NCBI GenBank assembly: GCA_013265495.1
Contig: MU058824.1
Span: forward strand, 434,001-498,000
Source: Vicugna vicugna
Taxonomy: Eukaryota
Reading direction: 5' to 3'
DNA: 64,000 nucleotides
In this document: positions 13,201 to 26,320 of the stretch, in pieces
How positions within the stretch are numbered: the stretch's first letter is position 1
Layout of the letters: the number at the start of each line of letters is the position of its first letter
Made by a program: the position numbers and the translations under genes
The notes under the pieces: model-generated
Database searches by the model: none
What the model was told of the DNA's origin: nothing
Seen by the model: the letters and a program-made list of their open reading frames with translations, nothing else

Positions 13201-13363
13201 ATACAAACTTGTCATGATTGATTTTTTTCTCTAACACTGAAGAATTATATAAACCAAAATGTTCTCCCTAAATAATTGTAAGATTTTTGACTGGTGGGCT
13301 AATGGGCTCACCCAGACTGAGTTTGAGGGTGAAGTTAATTTTTTGTTGTTGTTGTTCTCTTAG

Positions 13364-13548
13364 CTGATATAGCTCAGAGATACAGGATAAGCAAATACCC
13401 AACCCTCAAACTGTTTCGTAATGGGATGATGATGAAGAGAGAATACAGGGGTCAGCGATCAGTGAAAGCACTTGCAGATTACATCAGGCAACAAAAAAGT
13501 GACCCCATTCAAGAACTGCATGACTTAGCAGAAATCACCACTCTTGAT
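13364..13548 (+). CDS. ERP44: ERP44 (ER resident protein 44) coding exon 5 (human numbering), end of thioredoxin a domain
   Basis: ttctcttag|CT...CTTGAT|gtaagt; 185 nt; translates (S)DIAQRYRISKYPTLKLFRNGMMMKREYRGQRSVKALADYIRQQKSDPIQELHDLAEITTLD, recognised as ERp44. Confidence 0.97.
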
Positions 13549-14089
13549 GTAAGTCATTAACTTTTGCTGGATCAAATGAACATTACCTGCTTGCTTAATG
13601 TAAATAAATTCTTAATGTAATCAAAGAATCTGCACATTTTCTAATAGTTCGTTGCAATGGATTTGATATATACTTAAGTTGAAATTTTCTTGAATTCCCA
13701 AGGTAAATGCTAATGTTTTACTGTATAATAGCATAACAGGAAAGTTGTACTAATTTGAATTAATTGAGGACAAAGGGTAGCCTGAATTATGAAGAAATAG
13801 ACGTTAATGGCAGGCATACACAGCCAAAGGCTCCATATTTTCCTTAGTGGAGACCCTCAGGGTATCTGCTCTAAGTACCCCTATATCAGCTGTTTGTATA
13901 CATTTTTGTGTCCTCTGACGTAGCTGCCCTTAGCAATATGCTTAACAAATCCTTTTCTTTGTACACTAAGAAGTATTTTGCTCTTTTAAAAAAATGAAAA
14001 CAATTGAGTTTGGGCTTTAGATGGCCATTGCCGGGCTTGAGATTTGATTTTTACCCTCTTATAAACAAATAAATTAGAAAATTATCATT

Positions 14090-14473
14090 TCATGGATGCT
14101 GTCAGAAGACACAAGGCTCCTGGGTCAGAGACAAAGGATTTTCTTGCTCACATCAAGCAAACAGTGTGACATGTTTGCATTTGTTTCCTTGCCCCCAAGT
14201 CCTATGGAGGTGACACAGAGAGTCCAGACAAATCCCTGCTCATGCAGGTGGTTGTGGGACAGGGGCACTCTGGGCTCAGGGAGCTCCTATTTCAGAGCCA
14301 GCAGTAAGGCTGCTCTTTGTCCTGAAGGGAGACATAACCTCATACCTCAAGGTTGCTAACTGCACGTACAACCCTGAGAGATTGCCCGGGTAAAGAGTGG
14401 TCAGGGTCTTGCATTTTGGATATATCTAAACGTGTAGGAACGTGAGAGATCCTTGGAGGAGTCTCTGCCAATA
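14090..14473. mobile_element. Solo LTR, ERVL-type (MER54/MER74-like)
   Basis: GC-richer ~380-bp block with tgtcagaagacac...ctgggtcagagacaaagga, recalled from ERVL LTRs. Confidence 0.5.
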
Positions 14474-14798
14474 GTCACATGTTACAAATAGATATATTAT
14501 GTTAACACATCTTAGAATTAGTCATCTTATTTAGGAAAAGACTGTCACTGATTAAACAATTATCTGTTTCTTGAAATTTTAAAAATACTAGAAGGAAATT
14601 ATTATATTAGATTGTAGTTAAGATTATTTTCAACCTAATGTAATCTTTAATAGTTTTGGACTAGCTGTTAAAAGCCAATTAAGCATTTATAGTCACACTT
14701 CATTTGGAGATAACTGAACAGCAGCTGGGTAAATGAAATAACATGCTTTTTAAAGAACTATACATGTTTGTAAAGTAATTACATACTTTATTTTACAG

Positions 14799-14914
14799 CG
14801 CAGCAAAAGAAATATCATTGGATATTTTGAGCAGAAGGACTCAGAAAACTATAGAGTTTTTGAAAGAGTAGCAAATATTTTGCATGATGATTGTGCCTTC
14901 CTTTCTGCATTTGG
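14799..14914 (+). CDS. ERP44: ERP44 coding exon 6
   Basis: ttttacag|CGC...TTTGG|gtaagt; 116 nt; RSKRNIIGYFEQKDSENYRVFERVANILHDDCAFLSAF(G); phase matches neighbours. Confidence 0.97.
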
Positions 14915-15299
14915 GTAAGTATCTTAGTTGAGTGTGTTGTGTGTGGTTGTTTTCTGAAGATGACCTCTCCAGAGATTATCTCAGTCCTCTTAAAGTCACA
15001 AGCAAGGCTTTACACCTATCTCTGGCCTCTTCTTAAGAGTGTGAAAGTCTGTTAATTTTCCTTTCTGTACTCTATTTAAAATGTGGGTAAGAAAGGAAAA
15101 GAATGGACAAGTTAACAACTAACTCTCATACTGTTGTTCAGCTCATTTACTAACACTGTCCTGCATCATGAAAAACGCTTACTAACTTGCGGGGTTTCCA
15201 AACTGAAACCACACACTGTCTCTCTCATTAAGAAGCATGAGCGATATCATCTTTATTCATCGCCAGTTCTCCACCACCTTCTCTTCTCCTTTCCACGGC

Positions 15300-16510
15300 T
15301 AACCTCCTTCCTTGTGTCCCTGTAGTCGTCCCTTTAAAGTCCTGTGGGGCTCTGAGCCATCCGTTGTCCTTGCTCTCTCATGTTTTCAACCTGACCGTAT
15401 TCATGAACATCTTTCCTTTCCTAAAAACATGATTCTCTCTTTCCTGTCCTGTCTCTTGTCTCTTGAGCTATAATCTCATCTTTCTTTTCATCCTCAAATT
15501 TTTTCAAAGATTCGTTATGCTTGGCTACCTAGCATTTCTCATACTCTAGCCAGTTAAAAACATTAACCTCCTAGAAGCCAACTTTCCCCTCCATGACCCT
15601 AATGAAACTTCTGTCCACACAGTCACATCTTCATTAACAAATCCGGTGGTCTTTTTTCAGTCTTAATCCTCTTCAGGTTCTCTGAAGGATGTGACCCTCA
15701 GCTACCCTGTCCTTTTTCTGCTATGTCTACACTTCATGTTGAATCTGTCTGGTTTTATCCTTACCTTTCTGACTTCTCTGACTTTATTTTGTATTTTTTT
15801 CTTTCTCTTTCAAAGTAGAATCATTTTTATGGTTCTCTCCTTGACTCTTTCTTCTCATTGGAGGTTATCTCCACCATCCTTTGACATTTCACAATATTCT
15901 CTCTCTCTTTTCTTTGGCCTGTAACTGTTAGACTCAACTGTAGTACCATCCTGAGTAGATCCCAGATTTCTGGCATAGTATGTCCTCTCCATTTTGTGAT
16001 CATTTTCCCTGTCTTAATACTTCTGTAGGTTTTCTATGTGTGTTTTATTGTAAACATTATCAGTGGTTTTTGAGGATTATCACACAGAGTAAATAATGAA
16101 GGCACTTGTCCCCCTTGCTCTTGGCAGTACTGTGCCCAGCCACGCAGCCCCTTGCTGTTCCTGACGCTGCAGGCACACACCCGCTGCAGGGCCTCTGCCC
16201 TTCCTGTCTCTGTCCGAAGTGCTTGTCTAGATATCATCTCGTCAGGAAGATCTTTCCTTATAACTTTATATAAAACAGCACTACTATTGTCTAACGTGTC
16301 ATTCTTTATCCACCTATTTGTCTTCATAGCACCTTTTTTGTTTGTTTTTAACCATCCAAGATAAAAGTGTCTACTTGCCTTTCCCCACCAAAATGGAAGC
16401 TCCATGAGAGCACAGGATTGTCAGTTTTGTTCACTGCTGTGTGTCAGCTGCCAAGAAGACACCTGGTGCGAAGGAAGCGCACACTCAATAGTGAATGATG
16501 AATGAATGGA
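15300..16510 (+). mobile_element. L2 LINE fragments ending in a typical 3' tail
   Basis: aagctccatgagagcacagga...ttcactgctgtg...tgaatgatgaatgaatg. Confidence 0.7.
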
Positions 16511-17236
16511 GCATGTTCTCTTCTTCTGTCCCACTGTTCATCAGTCTAGCCCTTACCTCCTGTACTACCCTAGTCAGAAGCTGGAGATAAATCAGGGTTC
16601 CGTTAATCCAAATATAGTTGAGAGAGAGAAGAAGTTACCCATTTTGACTTAGAGTTTGTTGCAGAATTCACTCACCAAATATTTATTCACTTATTATGTG
16701 CCTGTACCAGGCATAGGTAACAGTAAACAAATTAAAAATTACTTATTTATGGAACTGTATTCTAAAGATGTAGGTTATTTCAATTCATCTATTTTTTAAA
16801 ATAAATTTTGGTTTTAAAAAGTAAAAAAGTAGAGTATGCATAGTTGAGTCTGACTTATGAGCAAATAATGTGTTTTTTGATTGGTTTATGTGACCACTCA
16901 ATGACTTTGATCTTCAGTTACTAGAAACAGTCTGAGGTCAAAAACAGCATTTTAGTGCCAGAATTGCCAATCTACACATAAAATACTGAGTCACAAAAAC
17001 AGCTAACTAAGATTTCCCTTTAAAAAAATCTGCCTCATATTAACTTTTTCCTTTAAATATATGTTTTTATTGGTATTGCATAATTTTATAAGTAGGAAAG
17101 AAGATGGACAAGTATATAATTCAAATTGTTATAATTCATATGTTGCAAAACAGGTAGGCAATTCTGCTTCATTCAGGTGTATTACTGGTATTATTTTTCT
17201 TAAAAAATATTATTACTACTTCTCTCTTTCTGTTAG

Positions 17237-17294
17237 GGCTGTTTCAAAACCAGAACGATATAGCGGAGACAACATAATCTATAAACCACCAGGG
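17237..17294 (+). CDS. ERP44: ERP44 coding exon 7
   Basis: ctttctgttag|G...CCAGGG|gtaagt; 58 nt; AVSKPERYSGDNIIYKPPG. Confidence 0.97.
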
Positions 17295-17364
17295 GTAAGT
17301 TGCTATTTCTTAGTGTGTATAATTTTAAATATAATTTAAATACATATATAGTATAATCTGTAGT

Positions 17365-17550
17365 TTTATATGTTAGTGTTCACAGAATCATAAAATTTTA
17401 GTACAGAAAGGAACCTTAAGGTATCATTTTGTGCTGATACAAACCTTTCAAAGCAATGATGGGGACACAAAGGTCTAAAGTCACACAGGCATTTAGTGGC
17501 AGAGCTGAGACTAGAGACCCCTGATCCCCAGGCCTTTTCCACCTCTCTGT
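17365..17550 (-). mobile_element. MIR-family SINE
   Basis: agaatcataaaatttt...gtcacacaggcatttagtggcagagctgagactaga. Confidence 0.65.
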
Positions 17551-18089
17551 TATGCATTCATTCTGGGACCCAGATTCAAAAAAATGCTTCAGTGGTCTGT
17601 GACCATCACCCTGATTTGAATGAGAGTAGCCAAGCTCCCAAATCTTTTGGGGTGTAAGTTCACCTGGTACTTACCAGATAATAAGAAGCCCTAGGTTGTT
17701 TTTAACCTTTGGCTAAGAAGTTCAGTGTGTCTAAACTTAAAAGTCATTGGTTAGGCCCAGTGATGGTAGCCACAGCTAAGAGGCAAAAATCACACTCTTT
17801 TGTCATCCCAAATTGACCTAATGGTCTGTCATTGCAATTTTTCACACACACGCACAAAATTGGAAATGGGTATTTTTTCAATTCATAGTTTTCATTTTAA
17901 TGTTTCTTGTGGTGTTTTGACACACTGAAGTTTTTCATTTTTGTTTAGTCTTATGAATGAATTTTTTTGCTTAGAAAGCTCATTTCCTATTTTGAATTCA
18001 TATAGGTATTATTATTTCTTTAATAATAGCTTACATAGCGTGACCATCTCTGTCTTACCAGAATCCAAGTGTCTTGTAGTGTAGGTTGC

Positions 18090-18330
18090 TTGTTAAGAGC
18101 ATGGGCATAGGAATGAGACTTTTAATGTCAAATCTGCCACTTTCCTAGATGTGTAACTCTTGGCTTCTCTGTGTTTTAGTTTGTTCATTAGTGAAAATAG
18201 CTATGATAGTACTAATTCCTTCTTTGTGGGGCTGTTTCTAGGATTAATTGAATCAACACATACAAGGTGCTTACAGTGGTACAACAGTGTTTGGTCACAG
18301 TAAGCTGGCTTAGGTAATGTTAGCTACTTA
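18090..18330 (+). mobile_element. MIR SINE
   Basis: ttaagagcatggg...tcaaatctgccactt...ctctgtgttttagtttgttcat. Confidence 0.65.
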
Positions 18331-18818
18331 TCATTTTAGGCACTTCAAAAATACTGAGTTTGAGTGAATGTGGAAACAGATACCATACTTAGTATTAGAG
18401 AAAGACAGCCCTTAGATTTATAATAGTATCATGTATTTTTCAAGGCTTTTTCACTTGAAGTCTCCAAATTTTTTTCTGATGTTTTTGAAAGGATAGATAG
18501 CTAAATTAAATCATTAGGATAATCCTTCTTTTCACAATGCCTGCCTGCTATTGATGAAGATATTGATAAACATTTAATTGACCCAAAGCCAAAGGAAAGC
18601 AGAAGGTAAGCTTAGACATCACAGGCTGGATATTCAGGCCCCTGATGATCACAGAGCTATCAGCTTATTACCATCTACAGCCCTCCTTCTCAGAAGTTCC
18701 ATGTTTTTGTTTCTTTTGTATCCCCTGTACATTTTCAGGGCTCATAGATGGCTTTCAGGATGCATTTTTGCTAGCACAGATTAGATCTGTTTAATTTTTC
18801 CCTATGTTTTTATAACAG

Positions 18819-18935
18819 CATTCTGCTCCAGATATGGTATACTTGGGATCTATGACAAACTTTGATGGGACTTACAATTGGATTCAAGATAAATGTGTTC
18901 CTCTCGTCCGAGAAATAACATTTGAAAATGGAGAG
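18819..18935 (+). CDS. ERP44: ERP44 coding exon 8
   Basis: tataacag|CAT...GGAGAG|gtatgg; 117 nt; HSAPDMVYLGSMTNFDGTYNWIQDKCVPLVREITFENGE. Confidence 0.97.
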
Positions 18936-19745
18936 GTATGGGCTTTCTAATGTGTTTTGGTATTTTTAATTCAGATTTTTGAAAGAGCGAGCTTCCTCCA
19001 TCCATCTTACTATTCTCCGACAGAATTTATCTGTTATAAAAATCACACAGTGAACATAAGTACATCATAGCTATTTCTGTAGTACAAGGCCAGTGGTTCT
19101 CCACCTCTGCTGTCCCAGAACCCCACTGTTGTATTTCCTGCAGTAGCAGTGGTTCACTACAGCCTTGGAAATGAGTTTGAAAATGCTTCTCAGATAATTC
19201 TGATTGCACCCTCGGTTGACGGTCCTTGTTTAAGGGGATTGCTTTAAAAGCAATGTTCTTCAGATTTTAACTACAATTAATTATATACAGTGCATACTTC
19301 TTTGCCATAGAAAGGTTTCTGATTCCTGTGCATCCTAAAAGAATGAAATTGTGTTCTCTTTCCATTGTAAATAATGAAAGTAGTTATTGGTTATCATGTA
19401 ACTGACTTCAGTGATCCCATGGGTATGAAATAAAGCCAATCCAAACTCTTAACAACTCCCACAGAAACAAAACACAAAGAAACCTAAGAGGTTGGAGGAA
19501 CAAGTGCACAGGGCAGTGTCTGTGAGTTACCTCTCTCTGCTTTTACTGTATTCGAAACATATCTTTCATTTCATTTCATTCCTTCATTTTTAAAACTCAC
19601 AGTCTGAGAATGTAATTAAAAAAAAAGTTTCTTAAAACGTTCTATATGCATATATATTTCAAAGAATTATAAGTATATAGCTCAGATATTAAATATACAA
19701 CTCAAGAAATTACCACAGAGTAAGCATCCCCATATAATCCCGAGT

Positions 19746-19892
19746 CAGAGGTCGACAGTTCTGTTAAAGGTCAGACAGTAAATATTTCAGGCTTTGCGGT
19801 TCATAGAGTCTGTGTTACTCAGCTTTGCAGTGTGGCACAAAAGCAGCCTTAGACAATACATAGATAAGTGTGGTTGTGTTCTGGTACACTTT
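19746..19892. mobile_element. MER58-like hAT-Charlie MITE fragment
   Basis: gttaaaggtcagacagtaaatatttcaggctttgc...aaagcagccttagacaatac. Confidence 0.7.
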
Positions 19893-21383
19893 GCTTGCTT
19901 GCTTGCTTGGTTTTTATCAAATGAACATCTCTGCTACTTTTCTCAGTTCTCTGGGCTTCAGGTATGTTTAGCTGAATTAACTTACATTTTTTATTAGCTC
20001 ATTGAGTCCTTAGAGGCTTAGAAAGATTTAGTAACCTGTCACAGTTATTCACCTGCTTTGGCAGTTTTTACAGGGATAGTTTCAAAACTTAAAGATATAG
20101 ATGGATTGGAAAACTAAACGAACAAGGGTCTGTCCTTTCTCCCCTCCTGCCCCACAGTAGTTGGTACATTTAACAATTTTTTAGATTTATTATATGCTGT
20201 AACCAACTACCCATAAATCCTTTAAACTATGGGGAAAGATTTATTAACCTCTAAGTCTGGTTGTCTTGATATCCCTCTCATGTATTGTCTAATACCTGTT
20301 TGGTAAAGAATATGTTGGTGTGGATATGGACATGAGTAAACTTGGAAGCTCTTGCAGCATAAACTATGTTAATATATGTAAATTAGCTTAGCAAATTAAT
20401 TCACAGAGATACTTTCCAATTACTACTCTGTTTATTACTTCTCTCTTAACAGTTGTTAGTTCATCCATTTTTTTTGTTTAAACAAAATTGTTTAAACAAA
20501 AATTTTGTTTAATTACAAAATTAGTAATTTTGTTTACTACTAATAAAGTAATGTATTTGTTTTTAGGTTTAACTTGCTAGCTCTTAAATTTTCTAAAGGG
20601 TGACTGCTGAGTCTTCTTTCCCAGTTAGCATTTACTCAGCAACATGTGTGTTTTCATTTATTCAGTTACAAGTTGACTACACATTATTGTGTACAAAAAT
20701 CTGCAAGCAAAGGAGAAGTGAAATAAGATTCTCTGTCTTTAAGGGTTTTCAGTCCAGTAGTTCACATGTACAGATAATATAACATAAAGACCTGCCCCTG
20801 TGCCACATGAGGGGCACTGAAAAAATGTTCTGAGAACTTAGAGGAGAAAATTCATTTCTTCGGCAGAAATGGGGTAGAATCAGGAATGGCTTTCTAGAAG
20901 AGGCATTTCAGTCCTGAAACAAAAAGTCTAAAAGAGAAATAGAAGTATTAATGGTAATATGGGGTAAGAGGAAGGGGCTATGCATTTATGTTGAGTGTTG
21001 ACAGTACTGGAACTGGGCGTGGAGATACAGAAAAGGGACCGGTCTGAGGTGGTGATGGAGATTGTTGAACTAGCTGAAGTTGCCAGGCTACAACAGAGAA
21101 GTCCAAAGATAGAACCATGGAGTAGTAGTTGAAATTAATGTGTGGGGAAAGAAAGATGTGAGCCCAAGAGATAATAAGTGAGGAAGAAGAAATTTAAATC
21201 AGTTTGCTAAAACATCAATGTGATGCCAGGGGCTGGGGGGAAGAGAGATAGGAAGTGACTGCTAATGAGTATGGAGTTTCTTTTAGAAGTGATGAAATGT
21301 TCTGGAATTAGTGACTTTGTGAATATAATGAAGGCCACCAAATTATACACTTTACAATGGTGAATTTTGTGGCATCTGAATTA

Positions 21384-21548
21384 TAGTCGTTTGTCCTTTG
21401 GTATCTACCAGGGATTGATTCCAGGACCCCCATGGATACCAAAATCTTCAGATGCTCAAGTCCCTTACAGTTGGCCCTTCAGTATCCCCAGGTCCACATC
21501 CATGGATTCAACCAGTCATGGAACCTGTGGATAAGGGAAGGCCAACTG
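21384..21548. mobile_element. MER2-like TcMar-Tigger MITE inserted at TA within an L1M 3' end (~21225-21570)
   Basis: ggattgattccaggacccccatggataccaaaatc...gccaactg; TA on both sides (21382-83, 21549-50) splitting the L1 tail gaatta|tatctcaa. Confidence 0.75.
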
Positions 21549-22580
21549 TATATCTCAATTAAAAAAAAAGAGGGTAACTGTGATGAAAAGCTTAATAATT
21601 TATTCTTTGTATGAGTGGAACAGGCTTAACCATGGAAACAGGAACCAGAACTCTTATCCTGTAAGATAGGTTCCAGTTTCAGTTTTTCTTAGGATAAGGA
21701 CATGGTTGCTTTCTGCTGAGTCAGTTCCTAAATTATAGAAAGACAAGCAAAAGAATGGTTAATGGAAATAATACTATTTTGAGGCCCTTTCTGGACTTTT
21801 TATTATGAGTCACAACTTAACATTTGTCAGAGAGAATAACGATCAAAATATGCTGTCTACTTACCGCATTTCTCTTGTATTCTCCAATTACAATAATAAA
21901 GTTTTAAATAAAAATTTTCAAGGTATTTTTGTGTATGTATACATACAAGGTATATAAACATACACATATATAGAGGCAAGTATTTGTTAATAATGTTGAT
22001 AAATTGTATATTGATTGAAAACTGGGTATGTTATGGGGTTTTGGCTTTTGCTCTGAATCACACTGTTCAGCTTTGGGTAGGTCTCATTTAAGTGGAGTGG
22101 TTTCCGCAGTAAACCTTAGAATAAGCATAAGTTTGCAAATCAGATTTATTTATTGCTGCTATACTCAGTTTTTCAGTATTACCAATAAAATGAAGACTCT
22201 TTACCCCTTCCTAAAATCAAATCTTGAAAAAGAACCATAATAATTCTTCCTTTGGTCAGCTCATTTTTCAAATGTCATGGCTTCATCCAATACTAGCTAA
22301 CAGACCAGGCCAGTGGTTGCTTAAAGGCAGATCAGTTCCTACAGTACAGCAATACATGTGGGTCCTCTGAGTGCGCGGTTTCTTTAGGTGGAGGGAATGC
22401 ACTCCTTCTTCCATTAAGGCATTAAGGCATTTATTTACTTACACCCCTGGACCTCTTCTTCCTGGGATATTGCAGGTGCTGCATGTGATGCGGGTTGGGT
22501 TTAAAGTTGTTCCTACCTAGAAAACAGCTAGAGCTGAATGGAGAGGCCTGATAATTCTCACTGAATACTTCTCTATACAG

Positions 22581-22692
22581 GAATTGACAGAAGAAGGACT
22601 GCCTTTTCTCATACTCTTCCACATGAAAGAAGACACAGAAAGTTTAGAAATATTCCAGAATGAAGTAGCCCGACAGTTAATAAGTGAAAAAG
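22581..22692 (+). CDS. ERP44: ERP44 coding exon 9
   Basis: ctctatacag|GAA...AAAG|gtagac; 112 nt; ELTEEGLPFLILFHMKEDTESLEIFQNEVARQLISEK(G). Confidence 0.97.
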
Positions 22693-23654
22693 GTAGACAG
22701 ATTAAGGTGTTTATTTTAATCCTTTCTCTTTGATTTTACTTTCTCCTTTTCCCATTACATTCATACTAACACAAACATATTTGGGTTAAAAACTTAAATT
22801 ATTTGAACTCTACTCAGCCCCTGAATTTACATGAAAACATGGGAATGGAAGGCATTAGTAGAGATAATATGAAGCAGTAGCTTTTTCTTTTTTTTAAACC
22901 CTGATTGTTTTAGCTCTTTAAAATCAAATCGCATGAAAAGTGGGGTCATAAGTGAACGGTATTAGTTTTAGGCAGTTTCCTCCAGCACCTTGATATTTGT
23001 CTGGTCCCCTTCTAGCAGATGGTCCCAGAAGATATTGCTGAGAGAACTTACACAGTCTGATGAACATTTACTGTATTTCTAAATGAAAGAAAGTTGAGTA
23101 ATTCTCTTCTGACTTTCCCAAAGCATCAAAAAGGAATCTGAGGTATCACCAGCTTTCCCTCAAAGTTAGAGAAGAAAGTCAAACCAAGTAAACTGAAGGC
23201 TGTGTATAGAGCCATGCTCATATTAGTCACTGGAGATATTTTGGGGTTGAATTAGATTAAAAATCAACCAGTAGGGACTGGAGGGACATCCTTTATGAAA
23301 TGAAGACGGCCCCTTGAGAACACCTCACATATCAGTTTCTGGAACTTGCTTCCCAGACCTATGTAATCTGCAGAGCAAAAGATTACCCCTTTAAGGAGAA
23401 TAAAAAAATTCACTATAGCATTTGAATTCAGGTTGAGTTCATATAATTTCTAATGAAATTATACTCTCTGCCCTATGAATTAAAATTCTGCCTTTTTAAA
23501 GGGTTGTAATATTAAGGTTTTCGTTTTTGTGGTCTGTATTATGCTAAAGCGTGTTGGGATTTTTTAGTATGTCACTTTTTATGAACTTGCAAACTTATGA
23601 GAATACAATCAAGAAAATTCTAATCTACCTCTCCAAATTCTGTTTCTTTTAAAG

Positions 23655-23796
23655 GTACAATAAACTTTTTACATGCTGACTGTGACAAATTTAGACATCC
23701 TCTTCTGCATATACAGAAAACTCCAGCAGATTGCCCTGTAATAGCTATTGACAGCTTTAGGCATATGTATGTGTTTGGAGACTTCAGGGATGTATT
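23655..23796 (+). CDS. ERP44: ERP44 coding exon 10
   Basis: ttcttttaaag|GT...GTATT|gtaagt; 142 nt; TINFLHADCDKFRHPLLHIQKTPADCPVIAIDSFRHMYVFGDFRDV(L). Confidence 0.97.
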
Positions 23797-24809
23797 GTAA
23801 GTATTCATTTTGGTTTTTTAAATGTCTGATATGTATATCAGAAATGAACTTAAAACAACTGTTTGAATAGTTTAATCCTATGTTGAAACAGTAATACTTT
23901 GTTATTTGGAAGGAAGAGGTTTTTTTGGTTTTTTTTCCATTCCAGAGTGTGGTATAACTGACTTTGAGAATTATGAAATATCCCTATAGAAAGCCAGCAC
24001 TAGATAATCCTAAATGCTTGGGAATCAATCTCTAAAAAAATTTTGACCTCAGAAATTTGTTGACATTAAATTGAGTTTGGTCTTTGTCAGCACAGTAAGG
24101 AAAGTGGATTTTAATCTTAGGTAGGTTAAAGGAAATGGGTAATATTGCTGCTCATTTGTGATTACGTCTAGCAAGAACATAGTGCCATTTAAGACCCAGG
24201 AGATGGCTATGACTAGGCATTTCTAAGGGCATACAGCTAGGAGCCTTTCCAAGAACAGGTAAGTTTTCTGACTCTTTTCTCACATATCCATAATATTAAT
24301 AAATGCATAAATCTTGTAACTACCACAGACATTAAATTTTTTTCAGTTTTCTGAGATGTTAAATACAGTTGTAAAAATGGAAATGTTTCTTCATATTAGT
24401 TTAAGCAATACAGGTATTAATTCAAATTAAACCTCTTCTTTTCAAAATTCCTTTAAATATTCCCCCCTTTTTATGTCTAAAGATTAATTTGCACAGTTAG
24501 GAAGATTTGAAGTCCTACTGCAGAATGAATTAACCTTGCTCACTTCCAGATATTTCACTAGAGATGTGATTGTTTGATAGAAGATTCTCAGTCTTACCAT
24601 ACAGGAGGCCTAGGTTTGAGTCCTTCTTTGGGCAAATCACTTACTTTCTCTCTTCTTGTTTCTTTACGTTTAAAATATGGTTGGTGGTGTGACCTCCCTA
24701 ATGGGATTGTTACAAAAATTAATGAGATGATAGTTGTGTTTTGAACCATAAAGTACTTACAAATATTTTTTGTTTTTATTTTACCTATAATCAAAAGAAT
24801 ACCACTTAG

Positions 24810-26320
24810 CTTATTAATTAATTGAATATTTATCCAAGCCTTCTATATGACAGTTGTATAATATAAACCAAGTCATATAAAAACCGATGGTTTAAACTTT
24901 ACTAAGACTGGATCCCTGTCCTCAAAGAACTTACAATCAGGTGGAGAAAGGAGACAAGCAGGGTAGCAGGCAGTTGTGTTTTATAATGTTGATAAGTGCT
25001 CTGACAGAGTTCAACAGAGGGGCATCCAATCCAAGATTTCTGGAGATGTGACTGCCTAAGGTAGGACCTAGAAGTTTATCATGGAGGTGAGGAGACAGGG
25101 CTTGGAGAAAGGTGACATTGGCAGAAACAAGTATAGAGACTGTTGGCTGAGTATGAATGGACGGGAGGGGCACTGCTCTGGGATGAGGTCAAGAGAAGTA
25201 GGGGCTTGTTTATGGAAGCCCTAGCCCTTATTTGCTATGTTAGGAAGCTTGACATCCTGAAAACTATGAAGAGGCAATGAAGGGTTTTAATCAGGGGATT
25301 TTTTTTTAAAGATCACCCTTGCTGCAAACTGGAGAACAGATTCAGAATAGAATCTAGGAGGCTGTTCAGTAATCTAGGCAAGAGTTGATGATGGATAACC
25401 AGTAGACGATTCTTGAATGAATGAATTACCTAAATTCTGGCAGTAGCACTAAAGCTAGAGATGAGACATGTTTAAAGTGCAATAGGAGGACTTGGGATTT
25501 CAGTAAATGGGGGAGGTGGGAGGCCAGCAGTGATGGCCAGGAATCTGACTTGGGCAGCTAACTGGGTTGTGATGCCACTAATTGAGCTGGGAACTCAGTG
25601 GAGGAGCAGCCTTGCGGTCAAGACGGGGAGTTCCCTTTCTTGGCATGTTGAATTTGAGGTGCTTGTGGGCCACACAGAGGAGTGTCCAGAAGGGAGTTTA
25701 CATGGCTCTGGGATTCGACGGTGAGATAAGGGCTGGGTCTTGAGCACATGAGGATGTAGCTGAAGTTACTGAAACAAATGAGATGACCTAGAACACGACT
25801 GAGAATAGAACTCTGGTGAATACCAACATTTAAGAAGAGGACGGAAGAAGGAACATGTGCAAAAGACTAAGGAGGAGGAGGAATCAAAGAAGTGAAAGAA
25901 AAACCAGAAAAAAGTAATATGATAATTGAAGGAGGAACACTTCTAGCAGGAAGAAATGTTCAGCCAGAAGATAAAGATGAAGTATCTATTAGATCTGACC
26001 CCGCACAGAAGTCTATATTGCAATGAATTGAAGAGTGACTATTTGATGAGGAAATTAAGATTTGACATGAAAATTCTTGCAAGAAGCTAGCCTCTAAAGG
26101 GAAAGAAAACTAGGGAGATAGCTCCAGACAGACATGCATCGAAGTAAAGTTTTAGTTTTTCTTTTCCCCTCCTCCCCACCCCTTAGAGTAACAAGAAGCT
26201 AAACATGACTAAATGCTTGTGGGACAGAATCACATGGAGTGAGGAGTTATTGAAGAGATAGGGAAAAGAGGAGCTAAGTGATAAAGCAAAGCCCGAAGGA
26301 GCACAAGAGAGAATGAGATG
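24810..26320 (-). mobile_element. L2 LINE fragments (preceded by a MIR at ~24590-24740)
   Basis: gatccctgtcctcaaagaacttacaatc; ggcatgttgaatttgaggtgcttgtgg; purine-rich antisense L2 pattern. Confidence 0.7.
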
